Source: the human T2T-CHM13v2.0 reference genome, Homo sapiens
Assembly: GCF_009914755.1 (NCBI RefSeq)
Contig: NC_060928.1
Strand: one strand, 5' to 3'
Length of the DNA stretch: 64,000 nucleotides
Shown here piece after piece: positions 1 through 12,674 of the stretch. The notes beneath the pieces are model-generated. The model made no database searches and had not been told where the DNA came from. It saw only the letters and a list, made by a program, of their open reading frames with translations. Within the stretch, counting starts at the first letter, position 1. Every line of letters starts with the position of its first letter. The translations under genes were made by a program, and so were the position numbers.

Positions 1-1780
1 TTTTAATCCATCAGCATTGCTGAACTCACATCATCTATGAATAATTACAGTCCTGTTTCTTTCTTCCCAATCCTTTACTCCTTTTATGCCTTGTCTTATT
101 GTGCTGTTTAATATCCTTTAGAACAAAATTAAATAGAAGTGATTATAATGGGTATTCTTCCTTTGTTCAGAACTTAAACAGGAGTATTTCTGAATTTCAT
201 CATGCAGTATAATATTTGCTGTACAGTTTTGGTTGATAACCTTTATTAGTTTAAGAAAGTTCCCTTCTTTTTTTGTTAGCTATCAGTTTAATCATGAAAA
301 GGTTATTGAAGTCTACAAAATATTTGTTCTGCATGTATTGAAATGTGTATATATTTTCTCTCTTTATATAAAATTGTGTTTTTAAATAATTATATTATAG
401 TTGTGAGTTATTAATAATTTTAAATATATTAACATATGTTAATGTAATTAAATACAATGCTGGAATCCATTTGCTAATATTTTATTTAAAGTTTTTTGTC
501 TTTGCTTTGGAATGTGATTGGCCTTTCAGTTTTGTCTGTTTATTAGAATCAAGGTATATCTGCCTCATGAAAGGTATGTGTTTGTTTGTTTTTCCTTTCT
601 ATTCTCTGAAAGAGTTTTGGATTATCTATTCCTTTAGTGTATGGTAGAACACTCCTAAAAAACTTTTGGGCTGGTGTTTTTTAATGGGTAGATTTTAATT
701 ACTGATTCAGTTTCTTTGGTTGTTCAATAGTTTATTCAGATTTTCTGTTTCTTTTTTGAGTTAGTTTTGGTTCTACATTTGTTTTGAAGAAATTGCCTGT
801 TTTACTTATTTTCTAATTAATTTGTAATATAGTTGTTCAAAGCATTATTTTATGATTGTTAAATATCAACCGTATTTGTAACTATGTCTTCTTTTGTTCA
901 CAGCACCTTTTTTTTTTTTTTTGTCTGAGTCCCACTCTGTCGCCCATGCTGGAGTGCAGTGGCGCGATCTCGGCTCACTGCAAACTCCACCTCCTGGGTT
1001 CAGGTGATTCTCTCACCTCAGCCTCCTGAGTAGCTGTTCACAGAACCTTTTATTCTTACTCTTTCATTAAAAATCTTGCTAAAAGTTTGTCAATTTTCAA
1101 TGAAACAAATTTAGGATTGTGATACTTGCTATTGTTTCATTGTCTTTAGTTCATTGATTTTCAGTCATATCTTTATCATTTTCTTCCCTCTATTCAACTT
1201 GCCTATCGTGGATACGTTTTTTTTTTTTTTTTTCCCTTCTAATTTCTTGGGTTGTATGTTTGGCTCATTAATTTTCAACTCCTTTATGTCAAAGGCAGGA
1301 TTTTAAGACAATAAATTTTCCTTTAACTGTAACTATAGCTGCACCTCACACATTTTTACAAATAGTTTCAGTTACAACTCAGTACTAGATATTTTTTAAT
1401 GTCTGTTATCATTTATTTCCTGTTTAATTAATGATTTACCTAAAAGCATTTTCAAAAACTTATTGCCATAAATGTATTCAGTCTTTTTCCTTTTCTAATA
1501 GCTTGAAACTAGAAGTTGAATAAGATCTTGCCCAGAAAAAAAGCATGTTTTTAAATCCCCAAATTTATAGAGTTCTTTTTGCTTTTTAAAAGATTATTGA
1601 TTTATAACTTAATAGCATTATGGTTGATGACTTGGTTTATATGATATCAGTTCTTTGCTATATGTTGAGATGTGTTTTGTGGCCTAAAATGTGGTCAATT
1701 TCTGCAAACGTACAATGTGCACTTAAACAGAACATACATTCTTTTTTTATTAGGTACGGAAATCCATATATGTCAATTTA
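1..1780 (-). mobile_element. Old L1M (L1MC/ME-like) ORF2-region remnant, interrupted by a truncated Alu
   Basis: T-rich, degenerate antisense L1 ORF2-like text (e.g. ttgataacctttattagtttaagaaagttcccttc; tatggttgatgacttggtttatatgatatcagttcttt). Boundaries approximate. Confidence 0.7.
908..1034 (-). mobile_element. 5'-truncated Alu (part of the right arm plus tail)
   Basis: poly-T, then gctggagtgcagtggcgcgatctcggctcactgc...gcctcctgagtagc. Flanked by TSD TGTTCACAG(C/A)ACCTTTT at 895-911 and 1035-1051. Confidence 0.93.
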
Positions 1781-2823
1781 TATAAGTGGTTCCAATCCTT
1801 TTAATGACATCTCATATATAGAAAATTCTAATATTTGTACAGCACAGTAGCATAAGTTGGAGTTGATTTGAAAATGTCTTGCAGGGCTTACTAAAATATT
1901 TATTGTACCTTTTAAAATTTTATATAATTACAAGGAAAAATACAAAGTATTAGATAAGACATTGTTAAATTTTTATAAGCCTAAATAAAACACTTTCAGA
2001 ATTTTACTTGAGAAACTTGAGTTTGCTTTCATGAACATAACTATTTTAATCAGATTTTATGTTTGAAATAGCTATAGATCATTCCTGATTAAGATGTTTT
2101 AATAATGACCTTTTCTAATCTCCTCAAATTCATGGTGTTGAAAACCCAATGAAAATATTTGTCCAAATAAATTACCAAAATCATGTTACAACATTTTAAA
2201 AACAATTCAAACCGTTGATATTATATAGGAAGCATCTAAAGTTCTTCCTTAATTTCACTGAAAAAATGTAATTTGAAATTTCTTGTGACAGGGCATGGTA
2301 GCTTTGTAACGTGTCCACTTGGCTAGTTGAACTGTGTCTCCCAGAAGCCCTTTCCCTATGTGTTTTCAGTCAGGATGGGCTTCAGGAGGCATTTTTGCAT
2401 GAGATTTGGAGGGCAGAAGTGAAGCAGAAGCCATTCTGCTTTGTATGCTGGGAAGGTTGGAGCAAGGGCGTTTTAAGGCTCACACGTGTTGCTTTATCTG
2501 TCGGCTCACCTCATTTGCTTAGGGTAGCATCTGGGCTGGAACTGCTGCACCTTCCCTTAAATCTAACTTTGGCTTCTCCAGTTCCTGAGCCAGGTGTGTG
2601 TTTATGTGTTTAGCTCTGGGAAAAAGGGCATTAGTGTCTCCTGCAGGACACTCACTTCATCAAGGCTGGAGACAGCAAGAACTGACACTGGTTCCAGGCC
2701 ATCCTTGTAGGTTACATCTTGACCTTAATCTCTCCTATTTATATGCACCTTGCCTGCTCTTGGGTTTCAAATCCAGCATTAGACGCAAAAATAATAGCGT
2801 AATAGAAACTGTTCAACCACAGC

Positions 2824-3132
2824 AAAGCACGGTGGCTCACGCCTGTAATCTCAGCACTTTGGGAGGCCGAGGTGGGTGTCTCTTGACCGAGGTGGTCAAG
2901 AGTTCGAGACCAGCCTGGCTAACATGGCGAAACCCTGTCTCTTTACTAAAAATACAAAAAATTAGCCAGGCGTGGTAGTGGGTGCCAATCGTCTTAACTA
3001 CTCAGGAGGCTGAGGCAGGATAATCACTTGAACCTGGGAGGCAGAGGTTGCAATGAGCAGAGATTGCACCATTGCACTCTATTTAGCCTGGGCAACAAGA
3101 GCAAAACTCTGTCTCGAAAAAAAAAAAAAAAA
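2824..3132 (+). mobile_element. AluS
   Basis: ggtggctcacgcctgtaatc...ctaaaaatacaaaaattagcc...poly-A. Confidence 0.95.
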
Positions 3133-3177
3133 GAGATTGTTTAATCAGCTCCCACAGTTGCATAAGGTGAAATCCTT

Positions 3178-3182
3178 GTCTG

Positions 3183-3232
<50 letters not shown>

Positions 3233-3240
3233 ATCTATTA
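3178..3240. repeat. (TCTA)n tetranucleotide microsatellite
   Basis: Read directly from the sequence. Confidence 0.95.
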
Positions 3241-3489
3241 ATCATCTGTCTTTTTCTCTATCTAGCTATTTGGATGTCTGGCCATCTTATCCCCATAAAG
3301 TTCCGCTTCTCTGTCTGAACTCTGACTTATACACAGGACAAATAAATTTCAAATCCAAATAAAATTTCACATACCAAGTATTTTTAAATTCTAGTGAAGT
3401 TTTACTGTGAAAATCTACTGTTAGAACAGTTACCTCTAGCTTGCAGGCCATTCAAGTTCATATTAGTCACAAACAGAAAAAAGCATCAA

Positions 3490-4020
3490 TGGTGGATTAA
3501 AGAAAACTGCAAATTCTTTGATATTTTTCCCATTTAGAGGCGGGGTCTACTTTCCCTTTTCTTGAATCTAGGCTGACCTGTGACTGCTTCGGCCAACTGA
3601 ATAGGGAAGAGTGATGCTGTGCTGTTTCCAGGCCTGTTCTTTAAAAGTACTTGGAAGCTTCTGCCTTGGCCTCTTTGTGCCTGAGTTGCTGTATAAGAAT
3701 CTGACTACCTTGCTGGAGAGACCTTGTGGAGAAGACTTGACCTTATATGCAGAGGTAGAGGGGCCCTGGTTAGTCCAGCCATCTAGCCATCCTGTCAAAA
3801 TAGCAGGTATGTGAGAAAAGCTGTCTTGATTCCTCCAGCCCAGCCCAGCCACCAACTGAATAATACCAAGTATATGTACCTCAAATGGAGGAAAAGAACT
3901 GCTCAGCTAAGTCCTGCCCAACGTCCTGACTCAGAAGATAATGACAGATAATGAAATGATTGTTGTTTTAAGCCACTGTGTTTTGAGGTAGTTTATTACA
4001 CAGCAATGGATGACAGAATA
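3490..4020 (+). mobile_element. MLT1 (MaLR) LTR, MLT1G/H-like
   Basis: Typical MLT1 3' end: tgttgttttaagccactgtgttttgaggtagtttattacacagcaat. Confidence 0.75.
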
Positions 4021-4022
4021 GT

Positions 4023-4102
4023 ATTTATATATATATATATATATAAAAATATATATAAATATATATATTTATATAAATTTATATATATTTATATATATAT
4101 AT
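4023..4102. repeat. Imperfect (TA)n
   Basis: Read directly from the sequence. Confidence 0.9.
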
Positions 4103-4626
4103 GTAAAGACAGGTATTTGGGACCAATGCCTGGATTAGCACTTACCAGGAGTCCCCTTTCCCCATCTCTCCATCCCATGCTGCAGTTTGGGTTGTATTCC
4201 TTGCTCCTCAGTCACCTGGAGCATCCATTCCCCTGGAGCTCCATGAGCCCTTTGGACTCAAGAGGGCAGGGGTTTGCCCTGCAGTGCCTGCTGAAGTACA
4301 TCTCCAGGTAGTAGAGCACCTTGGCCATGCACAGTGCATCTGGCAGAGCAGTGAGGGCTCCATTTTGCTCATTGCACTCAACATCTCCAGGGACTGTGGG
4401 GTTCCCTGTCAGACCTTGCTCTTCTCCATCCTCCCTCCAAGGAGCCTTGGATAAGGCTTCTAACAGCCTGGAGGCTCCAGGCAGCCAGGCCCTGCCAGAC
4501 TGCCCTGAGGGCCAAGGGGATTAATATCTCACAGCACATCTGTAACTGATTCTTGGCATTCCAGGGAGTCTGGCACAACTGTGAGCAGCTCTGAATTAAA
4601 TCAAGCTTCTTAATTTGTGCAGCTCA

Positions 4627-4922
<296 letters not shown>

Positions 4923-5038
4923 TCAAATTTTTAAAATTCTTACTAATTTTTTATTTGCTAGATCACCCCCTTTCTATCTTGTCCTTTATTATCCATTTAA
5001 TCCTATCCTTTTTTTGAAACCCTAACAGTCATTATTGT

Positions 5039-5470
5039 TGTGCTAATCAGCTGCCTTTGCTTTCAGATCCATTTCCTGCCCTTCTTTTATTCTACTCTGT
5101 ATTACAGCCAACCACATTTCCAGGCTCCCTTGTCGTCTGCTATCTAGGTGAGTTTTGTCAGTGGAAGACATTGGTGGAAGGTTGGATGCTTCTTCTTCTA
5201 GCATCTCTGGTGGTGGCTGTGTTTCCTCCCTGACTCCAGCTCCCACTGGGTGTCATTCACTTTGTGGTTTTGGTGCTTGCCCAATGGCCTGGCTTCTGAG
5301 CCCTGCTTCTGCAGCCCAGGGAGAGTAGCAGCAGTCTGCTGTTTTTAGTGTCTGGGTTGCCACTCTTTTCCTGTTTGACCTCTCTGGGCTTCCATGACCC
5401 ACATAAGTCATTAAATTCCCTCTGTCAAAAAGACTTAGGTTCCTGTTTCATGACTGGATGCTGACTGATA
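5039..5470 (+). mobile_element. ERVL solo LTR (LTR33-like)
   Basis: ccacatttccaggctccctt...ttaaattccctctg...ttcctgtttcatgactggatgctgactgata resembles LTR33. Confidence 0.65.
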
Positions 5471-5519
5471 TTGTTATTACCATTGTAACTATTATCGTTG
5501 TTATTGTTTTTATTATTTT

Positions 5520-7100
5520 ATACTGCCAATGCCTGTTTAAATTTACCCATGTGTTTTCAAATTACTTTGATCACCTTGCATTTTGCATTCCACTTCTATA
5601 CTTTTGGTTAAAGTTTTCTTCTTTTTGCAACATATCCCTAGCATTTATTTCTATAAAGGTCTGTGTTTTAGATAACTTACAGATTCAAAATTTTAAAATA
5701 TGGCTTTTTGTCATTTACTTAAGATCTGTATGCAAGAAGAAATGAAAAAGATGAACAGGTAGAGTCCAGGACTACCTACCACAGCTCAGGTCAACATTAA
5801 TTTTATGATTTAATTAATTCCATAAATTCTCTTTTCTGTATGAATATAAGGTTCCTCCCTCCCTGTACTCACACATCTACCTCTTCTAGGAGTTGCCTTG
5901 GGATCCACAAAGAAATTGAGGTGGTCCAGTACTCATAAGCCAACAAACTTCAAAGGAGAGTCAAATGTACATTTTCAAAATAAGAGTACTGAAAAGCATT
6001 GAAATAAACACACAAAAAGAGATTCAAATGTACATCTTAAAAGGAGGAGGAGATTCTTTGAAGAAGTAGGGGAATATGACGTTGAAAGTCTCTGAAGAGG
6101 TTGTGATAGTTGTTTAAGGGAGTAGAACATTAAAACATTTTTGTCTGTTCAATCTTAATTTTTAAAAATGATAGCATAGAGTTTGGCCAATTATGGAGGG
6201 GCTGATTTCATCACTATCAATGAGCAGTAAACTTTCTTGGTCTTTTATTTGGGGAATGTATTTATTTTACTTTCACTTTTGAATGAGACTTAGCTGATGC
6301 AATGGACTGAATTGTGTTCCTCCAGAATTTGTATGTTGAAGCTGTAAGGGCAAATGTGACTGTATTTGGAGGCAGGGCCTTTAAAGAGGTAATTAAGGTT
6401 AACTAAGGTCATAAAGATGGGGCCTAACCCAATATCACTGTCCTTATAAGAAGAGACACCACCCGGGATGCATTTGCACAGAGAAAAGGCCCCAGGAAGA
6501 CACTGCAAGAAGAGGGTGCTCTTCAAGTCAGGGAGAAACCAAACCTACTAACACTTTGATCTTTGACTTCTGGGCTCCGTAACTGTGAAAAATAAGCTTC
6601 TGTTGTTTAAGCCACCTAATTTGAGGTATTTTGTTATGGCAGCCCTAGAAAACTAAATACAGCTGGGTATAGAATTCTAGGTTGATGATTTTGCTTTTAT
6701 AGTATTTTTATAATATTTTGAGATGTGTGTCTTTGAAGTTCTGCAGTTGCATTATATTGTGGCTTGCTTTGGATTTGTTACATTTAAGCTTTATTTATCC
6801 TTCCTGGAATTCATTACAGTTTTTGAACTTCAGGATTCAAGTGTTTTAATCATTGATGAAAACATTTCAACCATTATCTCTTCAAGTATTGCCTGTCTTA
6901 TTTTCCTCTATTTCGCATTCTTGGAATTAAATCTGTTGGTTCTCCTCATTCCGTCTTCCATGTCCCTTAATCTTCCATATTTTCCAGATCTTTATATGTC
7001 TGTGCCTATTGAGTAATGTCTAAAATCTGTTTTCCAGTTTATAAATTATCTTGCTATATCAAATCTGCTATTTAACCTACTCATTTAAGTTTTCAATTTC
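5520..7100 (-). mobile_element. Fragmented old L1ME (ORF1/inter-ORF region)
   Basis: gctgggtatagaattctaggttgatg and catttcaaccattatctcttcaagtattg are typical antisense L1M text. Interrupted by an MLT1 and by an unassigned ~0.5 kb segment. Confidence 0.55.
6298..6661 (+). mobile_element. MLT1B-like MaLR LTR
   Basis: tggactgaattgtgttcctcc...gtgactgtatttggaggcagggcctttaaagaggtaattaagg...ttgttatggcagccctagaaaactaaataca. Confidence 0.85.
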
Positions 7101-7137
7101 CTTGACATATACCTATGTGAATGGGTGGGTTTTTACT

Positions 7138-7185
7138 TAGACTACCTTTTCATGTAGAATATGTAGACTACCTTTTCATGTAGAA
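7138..7185. repeat. 22-bp tandem duplication
   Basis: TAGACTACCTTTTCATGTAGAA at 7138-7159 and 7164-7185. Confidence 0.95.
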
Positions 7186-7306
7186 CCTAGCTTCTATGCA
7201 AGGTTCTCAATTCCAATTTCCTGTCCACTTGGGCCCAGTGCTTACCTCATGTTTCCACATGAGCGTGAAATCACAAGCCCTTGGGTGAACAGAATCAGTA
7301 ATCACT

Positions 7307-7705
<399 letters not shown>

Positions 7706-9459
7706 TTATCTCTTGGTTTCTGATGCCTGGGTATTTCTTTTTCTTTCTTGAGAGCTTAAGCATGAATATAAAACATTTCAAATTTTATATTTTATCCAGT
7801 ATTTCTAGCTTTTTAATAGTGAGATTTATCTTACTCTCCCATTTTATTAAAACAGAAAGTCTTGAGTAACATTTTAATACTGAGAAAAAAAGCCTCATTA
7901 TTAGTTTTAGAAAAAGAGAGACAATCTGTGTTGTTCTGGAACCAAGACAAAGTTCTAGAAGATTCTCTCTTGATCCTTAAACAGCATAGAAAAACCAGGT
8001 AAGTTGACTATGTTCACGTTTAGGAGTATGATGGCCAATGGATCCAAAACCTATCCTATATCTACATGTTGGTGGCCACATTAATCTGACATCTGACAGC
8101 AAGAGCGATGATTGGGTTCACTGGAAATCTTTGTGAAGTACGAGTGAAGTCCTTGTGAAGTCAGAGTAAGTATCAGAACTTTGAGTTCTAGTCTTGGCTC
8201 TAGACTGATTCAAAAGGTCAGGGCCTAATCAATTTACTCATTAACTTATAATTGTAATTAATTAGATTTTATTAATACAAGAATAAAAGAATTGTCCAGC
8301 ACCTACTAAGCCAAATCCTAGAGATATGGAGAAGCAGATAAAAGTTGCTGCTTTCAAAGAACACAGTTCACTAATAGGAGACTGGCTTGGAATCATCTAT
8401 TCTATAAGTGAAATTTTGATGGATTATTGTTGAGGTGCAAAGGATGGAGCAGTCAGTTGAATCTTGCTGGGGGAATTGTAATCAGAAAGCTCCGAGAATA
8501 GTAAACGAGAGTTTTGGAGGCCTAAGATCTTGGAATCACATGTGTAGAAGGATATTTAAGGTGTGCAGGCTCCTCCATGAGTAGCCCCAATGCCTTGAGT
8601 GGAATGGATGCAAAGGTACGGACTTCTTGCATCCTTCCCAGGATATCAGGAGGCTTAGAGCAATATCTGCAAAATGTTGGCGATTGCTGAAACGCAGCGC
8701 TACAGCATCCATGGGGTCTTGCCCTTCTTCAACCATTCAGTAAATAGCACTCAGTAGAGATTCTGGCTGAGGATGCTTGTTTTCAAAACAACAGCCCTGA
8801 GCCAACCTTTTTAAGTAGTTCCATATGTTTTTATGGAGAGTTTATGGATTGTGGCCTTCGGAATTCTTTTGTTTATCACTGGGAATTCAAGTCCTGAAAG
8901 CTGCTAACTAACCATGAGGTCTGCTGGTTATACAAGCTGTTGGACCTCTTAAGGACGTTGACATAAGGACCACTTTCTGTGAAATAAGAATTAGTGGTTT
9001 AAAAAGAGTGCACTTAACAGTATCATGTAAGTATCAGTTTCTGTATGTCATTACTAGCCAGGCTTTTTTTAAAAAACTGGACTGTGCTGCCTTGTGTGTA
9101 CATTTAAATGAGGCCCTTAAAGGGAAATCTGAGCAATGTCTTCAAACAAAGACTTATAATCAGAAGGGTCTTTTTAAAAAAAAAAAAAAAAAAAGAATAA
9201 CTATCTTCAGCAGACCTAAAACCAGGATGGAAAGGTGGATACTTCCCCACCTGGGCCCCAAAGCAGGGCCCTTCAAAATACTGAAGGTCCAGCATTCCCT
9301 GGGCAATTCTTCCTCCTTCTCTGTCCTCCCCACCCCCATCAATACCCAGCTTGCAGTGATATTCTTTTACCCTTTACTAATCTAATGCCAAACACATGTA
9401 GGTTCTATCCTGTTTCCAGGAAAGAGGTTTCCATGAATTGCCTCATCAGCCTTACTAAT

Positions 9460-9720
9460 AGCTACAATATATGGAGCACTTTGTGCCCAGCACTCGATTC
9501 CTTTTATACTTGATCTCTTTTCATCCTTTCTTCACAATAGCCCCATGAGTTGGGTGCTATAATTATTTCTAATTTTACAGATAAGGAAACCAAAGCTCAG
9601 AGAGTCTGAGCAATTTGCTTAAAGTTGCTTAACAGCTGTATTAGCCTACTACTTATAATTCGACTACCTGTGTCCAAGGCTACATAAATTCAGGTCGCCT
9701 GACTCAAAGCTCTTATTCAA
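9460..9720 (-). mobile_element. MIR
   Basis: MIR core: attttacagataaggaaaccaaagctcagagag. Confidence 0.7.
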
Positions 9721-11306
9721 CGTGCTAGCCTCCTTCCCACTAGATCTCATAAGATCTAGCTTGATCTCTAAGGCTCCATTCCAGCTTGGAAGAACTATGG
9801 TTCTTCTCCAGTGTCAGTTGTGTTGCTGTTCATGTTGTTTTCATGTAAAACAATGTAAGAAAGAGGCTGATAATCTCCCTCCATGAAACAGTTCTTCACA
9901 CATTTAAAATCATCCATGGCTGATCATAAATCCTTCTCCAGAGAGTGAATGGTCATGGCTGGTGCAGAAGGGTAACACTCTGGAAAGGCGGATGTGAGAC
10001 CTGGCAGCTCTGCCTGGGTACACATAGCTTAGGGCTGACAAGTGAGTCAGCAGAAGTGAGCAGACAATACTGCATTGGGTTTTAACGTGATGAGTCAGCC
10101 TTGCTATCTGGCCAGCTTCAGTGCAGCCCCCTGAAGTTTTAACAGAATATTAATTGCCCTTTCACTTCCCATTCCACACAGCTGGGTGGGATTGCTACCA
10201 GCCACACTGTTGAGAAGTTACACATTTTAGCCCAGCCTAGAAAGGTTTCCTGTGGTGGGTGAAATGACAACATGCACAAAGGTCAAACTCCAGATGTGGG
10301 AATCTGACCTTTTCTCCTCTTGGGGAAAACATTGCCTCATTATAATCTCAAAAGATTTTTGGTACAGGTTTAAGGCTAGAGTCTACTGAAAGATCCAAAC
10401 TCCTCTAACATAGAGGATGCCAGCCTGTTTCATGTAAATTTATCCAAGGCTTTGAGACCACCTACAAAATTCCTGAGCCAAGGGACCAGGGAATGTAGGC
10501 GAATGTTTAGGCATTTCTGAAGGAGGGAGCTAGACCTAGAAGTTGCTGCTTGCTCCTAGAAGTTGGAAGGCATTTCAAGATGAGGAATGAGTTGTTTCTG
10601 GATTGATGCCTTCACTGGCTAGAAATGCCAGCGGGTGGTGGGAAGAGTACATGGCAGGATGATGAGGAGTTTCGCGTTCATTCATTCATTTATTCATCTG
10701 TGTATTCATTTTACAAAAATTCATATCAGATTTGCAAAATTCACTCACAATACACTCAGAGATAATAAAAAATGTAACAACTTTTTTTATTAACTGGTGG
10801 AATATTTCTCTCAAATTTCCACCACTGGACCCCAGAGTGGGAATTCAATTTTAGCCCAATCTTGTAAACTTAGTTCCAATGTAATTATCTAGGTTGAGCT
10901 AAAAGTTTCTTTTCATCTTTCAGGTTTCCTCTTCATGCCTCTACTCCTATGCAGTTTGACCTCTCAGTGTGCAGCTGGTGATAGATGGAAACCCTTGTTC
11001 ATAAGCTTTGTGGCACTGTCGGCAGGATGAGGGGACTTCTGGATCCTCACTGGTCACTGTGGCAGAGTGGTTGGTGTTGTCTGCTCCCTAGACAGGAACC
11101 CACTGAAGAATCTGACATTTTTTGATATGCTGGCATTCATTGTTACAGCCCATCATCCCAGCCATCAATCCAGGACATGGGGTCCGTGCCCACGGTGGGA
11201 AGGAGGAGGAGGAAGCTGGCTTTGTTCTGACGTTGGGCTTCTTCTGCTCCACCAGTACTTTCTGTGGGGGAAATAGGTAAAGAAATGGCTGTTCAGATGA
11301 GAAGAT

Positions 11307-12172
11307 GTGTCAGTAAACTTTTGCTACAGTGATGCTGCAAAACAAATCACTGGTGACTTTCAGTGGCACACAGCAATAAACATTTATTTAGCTCAGGGAT
11401 TGACAATCTTTTTTTTTTTTAAAGGGCCAAATAGTAAATATTTTAGGTGTTTCAGGCCATACAGTCTCTGAACTCTGAACTTGTAGCACAACAGTAGCCT
11501 TAGATGCTATGCAAATGGAGGAGCATGACTGTGTTCCAATAAAACTTTATTTATGGACACTAAAATTGGAATTTCATGGAATTTTTATATGTTAAGAAAT
11601 ATTATACTTTGATTTTTTTCAACCACGAAGTTGAATGGTCTGTGAGTTTTTTTCACAAGTCATACAAAAACAGATGGTGGGTCAGACTTGGCCCATGGCC
11701 ATAGTTGGCTGAACCTTGATTTAGCTCATGAATCTGCTCTGGGTTGGGCTCGGCTGCTCTGCGCTGCACTCATCTGCAGTCGGCTGTGAGTTGGCTAGGC
11801 AGCTCTGCTGGTGGTGCCAGGGCTCATTCACATGTATGGGGATTGTTTGCCATTGGCTGGTCCACAGTAGCCTTGGCTGGGATGGCTGCGGCACGTTGGC
11901 TCTGCCGTGTGAGTAGCCAAGCAGGTCAGCCTGAGCATGCTCTCTTAGCAGTGGTGGAGACACATGAATCTAAGTGGAAATGTGCAAGCACTTTCAGAAA
12001 CCTCTGCCTGAATTATGTTTGCCAACATCCCATGAGACAAAATCAGTCACCAGGCTAAAGCCACAGTCAGGTGAGTTGGGGCAGAATGCCCCTCAGATTG
12101 AGAGGGCACTGCCAAGGTACATGGCAAAAGTGATGGATGTGCTGGAGCCATTAAGACACTCAACCCACCAAA
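11307..12172 (-). mobile_element. Old MLT1 LTR split by MER58
   Basis: gcaataaacatttatttagct|catgaatctgc rejoins across the MER58 insertion. Confidence 0.65.
11394..11718. mobile_element. MER58(B) non-autonomous hAT-Charlie element
   Basis: CAGGG...CCTTG termini; aaagggccaaatagtaaatattttagg; gttccaataaaactttatttatggacac; perfect 8-bp TSD ATTTAGCT at 11386-11393 and 11719-11726. Confidence 0.9.
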
Positions 12173-12192
12173 GGACCTAAATTGGGGATAAT

Positions 12193-12359
12193 TTTTGTTT
12201 GTTTGTTTGTTTGAGATAGGGTTTCACTCTGTCACCCAGGCTGGAGTGCAGTAGTATGAACACGACTCACTGCAGCCTCGACTTCCCAGGCTCAAGTGAT
12301 CCTCCTGCCTCAGGCTCCCAAAGTGCTGGGATTATCAGCATTAGCCACCACACCCAGCC
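12193..12359 (-). mobile_element. Free Alu monomer (FRAM-like)
   Basis: Single right-arm-type monomer with a (TTTG)n tail. Confidence 0.75.
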
Positions 12360-12361
12360 AG

Positions 12362-12674
12362 TTATTTTATATTTGACTTTTTATTTTCTTAGAGATGAGG
12401 TCTTTACTCTGTCACCTGGACAGGAGTGCAGTGGCACCATTTTAGCTCACTGCAGCCTCAAAATTCAGGACTTAAGTAATCCTCCTGCCTCAGCCTTCTT
12501 AGTAGCTGCGACTACAGGCATGTGCTACCACATCCAGCTCAGTTTTTAAATGTTTTGTAGAGTTGGGGGTCTTACTATTTGCCCAGGCTGATCTCAAACT
12601 CCTGGGCTCAAGTGATCCTCCCACCTCAACCTCCCACAGCGCTAGGATTACAGATGTTAGCCACCTTGCCCAGC
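12362..12674 (-). mobile_element. AluJ
   Basis: Diverged dimer; ctcctgggctcaagtgatcctcccacctc. Confidence 0.88.

Larger units (their letters stand above)
2294..3333 (+). mobile_element. MLT2-type (ERVL) LTR, split by an Alu
   Basis: MLT2-like start (ggtagctttgtaacgtgtccacttggctag) and end (gttccgcttctctgtctgaactctgacttataca), with the typical internal (TCTA)n. Confidence 0.65.
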
